From Promethearchaeota archaeon (GTDB taxonomy: Archaea > Asgardarchaeota > Lokiarchaeia > Sigyniarchaeales > SOKP01): DNA of 23,241 nucleotides. Shown here piece by piece: positions 17,027 to 23,241 of this stretch. The stretch is from NCBI GenBank assembly GCA_048940645.1, contig JBHLOI010000054.1, positions 1-23,241 on the forward strand. The letters run 5' to 3'. The stretch's first letter is position 1. Each line of letters begins with the position of its first letter. Made by a program: the position numbers and the translations under genes. Under the pieces are notes generated by a model that searched no databases, had not been told where the DNA came from, and worked only from the letters and a program-made list of their open reading frames with translations.

Positions 17027-18349
17027 ATGGTTTTAATGGAGAGTAAAGATTGGTTGGATTCAAAGGGATTAGAATATCGAAATGAGATTCTGTATTTTAA
17101 TGATGTAAACACTATAGAATTGGCAAAAAAATTTGGAACCCCTATCTATGTAATAAGTGAAGAAATCATACGAGAGAAATATAGAACTCTAAAAAATGTA
17201 CTCACTTCAGAGTATAAGAAAAATCATATCCATTATGCTGTTAAAGCTAACTCCAGCATTTCAATATTAAAAATCTTAAATACTGAAGGTGCTTTTTTTG
17301 ATTGTACATCTCAAGGCGAAATTTTTACTTGTTTTAAGGCAGGAATTGCGCCAGAAAGAATCATTTATACTGGTAATATGTTTACTAATGACGATTTTGA
17401 ATTTTCTGTTAAGAATGATATTATAATTAATTTAGACAGTATTAGCCAATTGGAACGATTAATAAAAATCCATGAAAAATTAAGGAAAGAAAAGAAAATT
17501 ATCTCATTTAGAATAAATCCTGAGTTTGGAGCAGGACATCATGTTCACGACATCACTGCTGGAAGGGAAGTTAAATTCGGAATTTTAGAACATCAAATTA
17601 TAGAAGCCTACAAGAAAGCTAAAGATTTTGGTTTTGAGAGATTTGGCATTCATCAACACATTGGTTCAGGAATTAATAACCCATATAATTTTGAAAAAGC
17701 AACGGATAAGTATTTTTCTATAATAAAGAAATTAGCAAGTTCCTTAAAGATTCATTTTGATTTTATCGATTTTGGAGGAGGTTTAGGAATCCCCTATCGT
17801 CCTAATGAGGAGTCTTTCGATCTTGAAGTATATAATGAGATTGTAGTAAAACCATTTAAAAAATTAATAAATGTTGAAAGCCTAGGGGAACCAATTTTTA
17901 AATTAGAACCGGGAAGGTTTTTAGTTGCTGAATCATGCATATTAATAACTCAGATAAATACGATTAAAGATAACGGATACAAATTATTTGCTGGAGTAGA
18001 TGCTGGATTTAATACTTTGATTCGGCCCACAATGTATGGATCTTATCATCATATTATGGCATGCGATAAAAATGAAAAAGAAAAAATATTAAAATATGAT
18101 ATAGCTGGACCTATATGTGAATCTGGTGATGTTCTTGGAAAAGAAAGAGAATTAACAAAATTAAAAGAGGGTGATTATCTTGCCATTCTTGATGCTGGAG
18201 CATATGGTTATGTAATGAGCAGTAATTATAATTCTAGACCACGTTCAGCTGAAATCTTAATTAGTGATGGCCATATTTTTAAAATTCGAGAAGCTGAAGT
18301 CTTTGATGATTTATTAAGAAACCAGATTGTCCCAGATCACTTAAAATAA
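17027..18349 (+). CDS. lysA: diaminopimelate decarboxylase
   Basis: FGTPIYV, YAVKAN (PLP lysine), HIGS, DFGGG.GIPY, EPGR, GPICESGD, GAYG..MSSNYNSRPR. Confidence 0.97.
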   Translation: MVLMESKDWLDSKGLEYRNEILYFNDVNTIELAKKFGTPIYVISEEIIREKYRTLKNVLTSEYKKNHIHYAVKANSSISILKILNTEGAFFDCTSQGEIFTCFKAGIAPERIIYTGNMFTNDDFEFSVKNDIIINLDSISQLERLIKIHEKLRKEKKIISFRINPEFGAGHHVHDITAGREVKFGILEHQIIEAYKKAKDFGFERFGIHQHIGSGINNPYNFEKATDKYFSIIKKLASSLKIHFDFIDFGGGLGIPYRPNEESFDLEVYNEIVVKPFKKLINVESLGEPIFKLEPGRFLVAESCILITQINTIKDNGYKLFAGVDAGFNTLIRPTMYGSYHHIMACDKNEKEKILKYDIAGPICESGDVLGKERELTKLKEGDYLAILDAGAYGYVMSSNYNSRPRSAEILISDGHIFKIREAEVFDDLLRNQIVPDHLK

Positions 18350-18466
18350 AATTTAAATTAATTAATTTTTGGGAAAAAAATTAAAATTCGCATTACTCTT
18401 TATTATTATGAGATAGAATTATAAAATAAGGAATGATTAAGGCTTGGATACCCTTTAATCATTTAG

Positions 18467-18528
18467 ATGAAGAGTCGGCGTTATGAAATCTGCTTATTCA
18501 GATTGATGAAAAGACTGATCTGCTCTGA
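18467..18528 (+). ncRNA. candidate archaeal box C/D guide sRNA
   Basis: C-like ATGAAGA (18467-73), guide GTCGGCGTT, D' ATGA (18483-86), internal stem AATCTG/CAGATT, C' TGATGA (18504-09), guide AAAGACTGATCTGCT, D box CTGA (18525-28). A locally GC-richer patch in a 233-bp convergent intergenic gap. Confidence 0.55.
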
Positions 18529-18582
18529 AAAGTTTTATAATTTTATCTCTCTTTATAAAGAAATCTAATCATGATATTATCT

Positions 18583-19404
18583 TCACAATCCTAATACTTC
18601 ACTTGTGCTATAAATTTTAGCTTCCTTAGCCTGTGTTATGAATTTTATTGCTTTGATAGCTCCTTCAGCAAAGCAATATCTACTATGTGCTTGATGTTTC
18701 AATTCAATTCTTTCACCAGTTCCAGCATAAAGAATGATATGATCGCCAACAATGTCCCCTGCACGTATTGAGTGAAATCCTAATTCATTTTTTCCTCCAA
18801 TTATTCTCTTATTTGGACCACGATTTCGGCCAAATTTGACTGTTTGCTCGAAATCTGAACCCAAACTAGTACTAATAATCTGACCTATTTTTAAAGCTGT
18901 TCCACTTGGAGCATCAATTTTCCTATGATGGTGTGCCTCTATTACTTCTATATCCCAATTAGATAAAAAGTTTGTTAAAACCGATGCCATTTTGAATAAT
19001 ACATTTACACCTATCGCCATATTAGGAGAAATTACTGAAGGAACGTGAAAATTCTTTACTGAATTTTCAAATTCATTCAAAAATTCTTGGGATAATGCAG
19101 TTGTTCCAATCACACAGCGAATCCCATTTTTTGCACAAATTAGGCAATTTTTTTCTGTTGCTTGTGCTACAGTAAAATCAACCGCTACTTCGGGTTTTGT
19201 TTCATCTATTATTAATTGTAAGTTATTTACATCAGTTATTTTAATATTCTTAGAATCTTTTACAGCTACAAAAGATCCAAGTTTATCACCAATATTATTG
19301 ATATCACAAGCTGCAACAACTTCTATCTCTTCATCTTTCAGAGCTAATTCACTAATTAATTTTCCCATAGCCCCAGTGGGTCCTAAAACTAGTAATTTTA
19401 TCAA
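18583..19404 (-). CDS. dapB: 4-hydroxy-tetrahydrodipicolinate reductase
   Basis: GPTGAMG, VDFT, VIGTT, EAHHHRKIDAPSGTA, RAGDIVGDH, ERIELKHQA; TTG start with AGGTAG upstream. Confidence 0.97.
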   Translation of the reverse strand: MIKLLVLGPTGAMGKLISELALKDEEIEVVAACDINNIGDKLGSFVAVKDSKNIKITDVNNLQLIIDETKPEVAVDFTVAQATEKNCLICAKNGIRCVIGTTALSQEFLNEFENSVKNFHVPSVISPNMAIGVNVLFKMASVLTNFLSNWDIEVIEAHHHRKIDAPSGTALKIGQIISTSLGSDFEQTVKFGRNRGPNKRIIGGKNELGFHSIRAGDIVGDHIILYAGTGERIELKHQAHSRYCFAEGAIKAIKFITQAKEAKIYSTSEVLGL

Positions 19405-19429
19405 TTTTAACTACCTAAAATTTAGTTTA

Positions 19430-20329
19430 TTAAATTAAATTTAGATCCTTTAGGACTTGTTTAATTTTTTTCTTATTATCTTTTAATGGCGGTGTTAGTG
19501 GTAATCTCATTCTACTATCCATTAAACCCATTAAATCTGCAGCATATTTAACAGGTCCAGGATTTGTTTCGATAAATAAAACTTTAAATAAATCAAACAA
19601 TTCTAATTGTTTTTTACGAGCCTTATCCCATTCTCCATTTAACATGAAATTTGTGAATTCCACTAATTGAGCTGGTATGATATTAGAAGCTACACTTACA
19701 ACGCCTTTACCCCCAAGTGCCATTATATGATATGTCATCCCGTCATCACCACTAAGAACAATAAAATTTTCTGGTGTTGTTTTGATAATTTTTGTAATTT
19801 GATCAATATTTCCGCTTGCGCATTTAATACCAACGATATTATCTTTCGAATATGCTAATTTAGATACAGTTTCTGGTTCTAAATTACGCCCGGTACGACT
19901 GGGAACGTTATATAAAATTATCGGTAAAGAAACTGAGTCCGCAACTGCCGAAAAATGATCAATTAATGAATGTTGTACTGGTTTATTATAATAGGGTACA
20001 ACAACTAAGCAACCATCAGCGCCTGCTTTTTCGGCATATTGGCAAAGAGAGATCGCTTCTTTTGTTGAATTGCTTCCAGTACCTGCTAAGACAAACGGGT
20101 CCTTTCCGCTTTTTTTCGCCTCATCAATTGCAATATCCATTGCAATATGATGTTCCTCATGGGAAAGGGTTGCAGATTCTCCAGTAGTACCCATAGTTAA
20201 AAGATGACAATTATTCTTTATTTGATATCTAATAAATTCTCGATATTTTTCTTCATTTATAGAATAATCTTCATTAAAAGGAGTAATTAATGCAGTTATG
20301 GTATTTCTTAATTTTTCTAAACTAAACAT
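19430..20329 (-). CDS. dapA: 4-hydroxy-tetrahydrodipicolinate synthase
   Basis: TALITPF, GTTGESATL, GTGSNST, PYYNKP, LYNVPSRTG, IVGIK (Schiff-base Lys), LSGDD, ETNPGPVK. Confidence 0.97.
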   Translation of the reverse strand: MFSLEKLRNTITALITPFNEDYSINEEKYREFIRYQIKNNCHLLTMGTTGESATLSHEEHHIAMDIAIDEAKKSGKDPFVLAGTGSNSTKEAISLCQYAEKAGADGCLVVVPYYNKPVQHSLIDHFSAVADSVSLPIILYNVPSRTGRNLEPETVSKLAYSKDNIVGIKCASGNIDQITKIIKTTPENFIVLSGDDGMTYHIMALGGKGVVSVASNIIPAQLVEFTNFMLNGEWDKARKKQLELFDLFKVLFIETNPGPVKYAADLMGLMDSRMRLPLTPPLKDNKKKIKQVLKDLNLI

Positions 20330-20547
20330 ATTTAACTATCAAAATCAATATGGTATTTGATTAAAATAAATATTATTAACGAATTTATATAAGTATTTAT
20401 TGAGAATTATTCAATTTGAAAACAAATTTATTTGACTGGTCCTTTTTTGTTAAAAAATAATATTAAATACAAATTTTTTTATTGAATTTATATGGAAAAT
20501 ACGTAATTTCTATAAAATAATAAATTTTTATCAGTTTTTGAGGTATA

Positions 20548-22818
20548 TTGAAGGAAGAAGAACCCTTATCTAAACGATTAGAAGATATTTATAGAAAGGT
20601 TTTGGAAACCATTTCTGAACACATTGTTTATTATGATAAAGATTTCAAAATTATTTGGGCAAATAAAACAGCAGCTGATTCATTTAATTTAACTCCGGAA
20701 CAATTAATTGGAAAAAATTGCTATAATTTATGGCAAGGGCGAAATAAACCATGTGAAGAATGTCCAGTATTAAAAACGCTTAAGTTTGGAGGAGTAAACT
20801 CTAAGGAAATGATTATTCTTGATGGAAGGTGGTGGTTTATTGAGGGATATCCTGTTTTTGATAATACCAACAAAATTAGTGGGGTAGTGGAAATTGCTCG
20901 GGATATAACTGAAAGGAGAGTAGCAGAGCAAAAATTAAAAGAATCTGAAGTGAAATATCGAAACATCCTCGAAAATATGTTGGAAGGATATTTTGAAACT
21001 GATCTTAGGGGAAATTTTATCTATGCTAATATTGAGTATTGTAAAATAATGGGATATTCAAAGGAAGAAATTGTAGGAAAGAATTTTCGCTTACTATACG
21101 ATACACAATCATCCGAACTTTTATTCAGCATGTTCAACCAAGTTTATAAAACAGGGATTCCTCGCCCTCCAACTGGAGTTGCTAAAGTAACAACAAAAAA
21201 GAAGAAGCTAATCTATTTTGAAGGATCAATTGATCTATTATACGATTCTAAAGGAAATAAGGTTGGATTTTATGGTCTTGTTCGCGATATAACGAAAAGA
21301 AAAATTGCCAAGCAAAAATTAAAAAAATCTGAAGAAAAATATCGTTCTTTGTTTGAGAATATGAACACAGGATTTGCTCTTCATGAGGTTATTGTTGATG
21401 ATAACAATAAACCAGTTGATTATAGATATATTGAAGTGAATCCTGCTTTTGAAAGATTCACAGGTATAAAAAAAGAAAATTTAATTGGAAAGACTGTAAC
21501 TGAAGCAATTCCAGGAACAGAAAATGATCCTGCGGATTGGATTGGCAAATTTGGAAATGTAGGATTAACAGGAATTCCGCTAACAGTAGAGGATTATTCA
21601 GAGGCACTGGATCGTTGGTACAAAGTTTCAGGATATTCTCCAAGGAAGGGTTATTTTGCAGTGACCTTTACTGATATAACTGAACGTAAGAAGGCAGAAG
21701 ATGCCTTAAAAGAATCAGAGGAAAAGTTCAGAACAATTGCCGAACAATCATTCATGAGTATTTATATCATACAAGATGGCATTTTTAAATATTTTAATGA
21801 AAGAGTACCAAAAGTCAATGGATATTCAAGCGAAGAAATAAAAAATTGGAAGCCGTATGAATTTGCTAAGCTCATACATCCTGATGATAGGGATTTTGTT
21901 ATGGAGCAAGCTAGAAAAAAAGAGGTTGGAGAAAAAGGAGTAATTAAACAATATAGGTATCGCATAATTAGGAAGGATGGAGAAATTAGATGGCTTGAAA
22001 ATTTTTCAAAAACAATTAATTATAAAGGAAGGCCAGCCGATTTCATAATGTCCATAGACATTACAGAACAAATGAATGCTGAAAAGCAATTAAGGAGGTC
22101 TGAAAAAAAATATCGGGAAGCTTTTAATAGATCTAATTTTTATAAGGACTTAATTTCCCACGATATAAACAATGTTCTTCAAAACATCTTATCTTCCGTT
22201 GAATTATGCTCCCTTTATTTGGATAAAGAGAAAAATTTGAATGAAGTAAAACAATTGTTAAAAATGTCTAAAAATCAAGTTGGTAGGGCGGCCAATTTAA
22301 TCTCAAATACCCGAAAACTGTCAAGATTGGAAGAAGTAAAAATTCCCACCCAACCCATTGAAGCCATTGAAGTATTGAATCAATCAATAGATTTTTTACT
22401 AAAAAGTCTCCAAGAAAAAAAGATTAATATACAGTTTGAAAACCCTTATAAAGTAATAACAGTTCAAGCAAATGAGCTTTTAATAGATGTTTTTGAAAAT
22501 ATTTTAATCAATGCTGTAAAGTATAATCACAATTTTCTTGTTGAAATAAAGATCAAAGTTTCAAAACTTCGAAAAGATGGCTTAAAATTTGTTAAATTTG
22601 AATTTGAAGACAACGGAATCGGAATACCTGATACTAATAAAGGAAGCGTATTTCAGAGAGCATATAACGTAGATAGAACCGTCAGTGGAATGGGAATTGG
22701 ATTATCACTTGTAAAAAAAATCTTATCAACTTATAAAGGGCAAATATGGATCGAGGATAAAGTTAAAGGAGACTATACAAAAGGAAGTAATTTTGTTGTA
22801 TTAATTCCTGAGGTGTAA
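20548..22818 (+). CDS. cytoplasmic multi-PAS (4 PAS/PAC) sensor histidine kinase
   Basis: Four PAS/PAC units ending in DITE/DITK with LKESEEKYR-type linkers; H-box LISHDINN, N-box NILINAVKY, G1 EDNGIGI, G2 GMGIGL; no TM segment; TTG start after GAGGT. Confidence 0.95.
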   Translation: MKEEEPLSKRLEDIYRKVLETISEHIVYYDKDFKIIWANKTAADSFNLTPEQLIGKNCYNLWQGRNKPCEECPVLKTLKFGGVNSKEMIILDGRWWFIEGYPVFDNTNKISGVVEIARDITERRVAEQKLKESEVKYRNILENMLEGYFETDLRGNFIYANIEYCKIMGYSKEEIVGKNFRLLYDTQSSELLFSMFNQVYKTGIPRPPTGVAKVTTKKKKLIYFEGSIDLLYDSKGNKVGFYGLVRDITKRKIAKQKLKKSEEKYRSLFENMNTGFALHEVIVDDNNKPVDYRYIEVNPAFERFTGIKKENLIGKTVTEAIPGTENDPADWIGKFGNVGLTGIPLTVEDYSEALDRWYKVSGYSPRKGYFAVTFTDITERKKAEDALKESEEKFRTIAEQSFMSIYIIQDGIFKYFNERVPKVNGYSSEEIKNWKPYEFAKLIHPDDRDFVMEQARKKEVGEKGVIKQYRYRIIRKDGEIRWLENFSKTINYKGRPADFIMSIDITEQMNAEKQLRRSEKKYREAFNRSNFYKDLISHDINNVLQNILSSVELCSLYLDKEKNLNEVKQLLKMSKNQVGRAANLISNTRKLSRLEEVKIPTQPIEAIEVLNQSIDFLLKSLQEKKINIQFENPYKVITVQANELLIDVFENILINAVKYNHNFLVEIKIKVSKLRKDGLKFVKFEFEDNGIGIPDTNKGSVFQRAYNVDRTVSGMGIGLSLVKKILSTYKGQIWIEDKVKGDYTKGSNFVVLIPEV

Positions 22819-22823
22819 ATAAA

Positions 22824-22910
22824 ATAGCTTCAGTTCTTTTCGTTGATGATGATCAATCACTTATATTTTTATTTAAAAAAGTATTAGAAATGTCAATATT
22901 ACTGATTTGA
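22824..22910 (+). pseudogene. truncated response-regulator receiver-domain remnant
   Basis: Directly after the kinase stop: (I)ASVLFVDDDQSLIFLFKKVLEMSILLI*, i.e. REC beta1-acidic pocket-alpha1, then TGA after 28 codons; GAGGTG RBS inside the end of the kinase gene. Confidence 0.6.
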
Positions 22911-22984
22911 AAACTAAAATTAAAAAGGTCTTTAATAATTTAATGTAAACCAACAAAATAAAATACTCATTATACCCTTTTAAA

Positions 22985-23241
22985 ATGCCAATTGATTATT
23001 TAGATAAATTTTCAGGAACTTTACTTGGAGTAGCATTGGGGGATACATTAGGGCATCCATTTGAAGGTGTTTTACGAGAAGATATTTATTCTAAGTTTAC
23101 TGATTTTAAAGAATATATTAATAGTCATAAGAAGTTATTCAATACTTATACAGATGATACACAATTAACGTTACATACTGCTGAAGCGCTTATTCAAAGC
23201 TCAGGATTTAATTTGGATAATTTAATTAGAGAATATATAAA
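22985..23241 (+). CDS. ADP-ribosylglycohydrolase (DraG/ARH) family protein, 5' part only
   Basis: Manual translation MPIDYLDKFSGTLLGVALGDTLGHPFEG...YTDDTQLT, matching the family GDA/TLG and TDDT metal-binding motifs; runs off the window. Confidence 0.9.
   Translation, partial: MPIDYLDKFSGTLLGVALGDTLGHPFEGVLREDIYSKFTDFKEYINSHKKLFNTYTDDTQLTLHTAEALIQSSGFNLDNLIREYI

Noticed and set aside
18481-18510. ATGA-stem-TGA element read as a eukaryote-like SECIS
   Set aside because: The stem is only 6 bp with no apical AA motif, and the flanking genes have no in-frame TGA; it fits a C'/D' motif better.
18350-18582. Lysine riboswitch near the dap/lys genes
   Set aside because: The gap lies 3' of both flanking genes and lacks L-box consensus features.
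925-21965. Short ORFs in the track antisense to or inside larger genes (925, 3402, 4398, 5171, 8844, 9524, 9808, 11624, 13037, 13437, 14482, 14837, 16400, 16661, 19667, 19966, 20721, 21458, 21762)
   Set aside because: Shadow ORFs overlapping well-supported genes on the opposite strand, with no recognisable motifs.
20930-22120. Recurring AAAGAATCTGAAG-like sequences
   Set aside because: They encode the LKESEEKYR linkers between PAS domains and are not a DNA repeat array or CRISPR.
1-23241. CRISPR arrays, tRNA/rRNA genes, transposases or integrases
   Set aside because: None seen: no regularly spaced direct repeats, cloverleaf-like GC-rich segments or transposase motifs.

Overview
AT-rich archaeal chromosomal window, most likely from an Asgard archaeon of the Lokiarchaeia/Promethearchaeota. 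This is inferred from an IPGY-TM-basic 'Loki-CTERM'-type sorting signal, an archaeal CdhD, a multi-PAS histidine kinase and GGTGA/GAGGT ribosome-binding sites. Gene order: DUF1998 (MrfA/YprA/Hrq1-like) helicase that runs off the left edge; two unknown membrane proteins flanking an FGGY sugar kinase; a ~7 kb metabolic cassette (LysR regulator, DsrE + TusA sulfur carriers, two divergent homocitrate-synthase-like DRE-TIM paralogues bracketing an MFS / 2x[4Fe-4S] protein / Cys-motif partner operon, and a 4-oxalocrotonate tautomerase); a stand-alone cdhD; a Loki-CTERM surface protein; DAP-type lysine genes (dapF-lysA, convergent with dapB-dapA); a PAS histidine kinase followed by a receiver-domain remnant; and the start of an ADP-ribosylglycohydrolase. 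Highlights: (1) the uncharacterised DRE-TIM/Fe-S/sulfur-relay cassette, (2) two genes that appear to initiate at ATT codons, (3) an unannotated box C/D guide-RNA candidate between lysA and dapB, (4) a membrane-anchored polyproline protein with a possible ubiquitin-like N-terminal domain. All family assignments come from motif recognition by eye; no searches were run.
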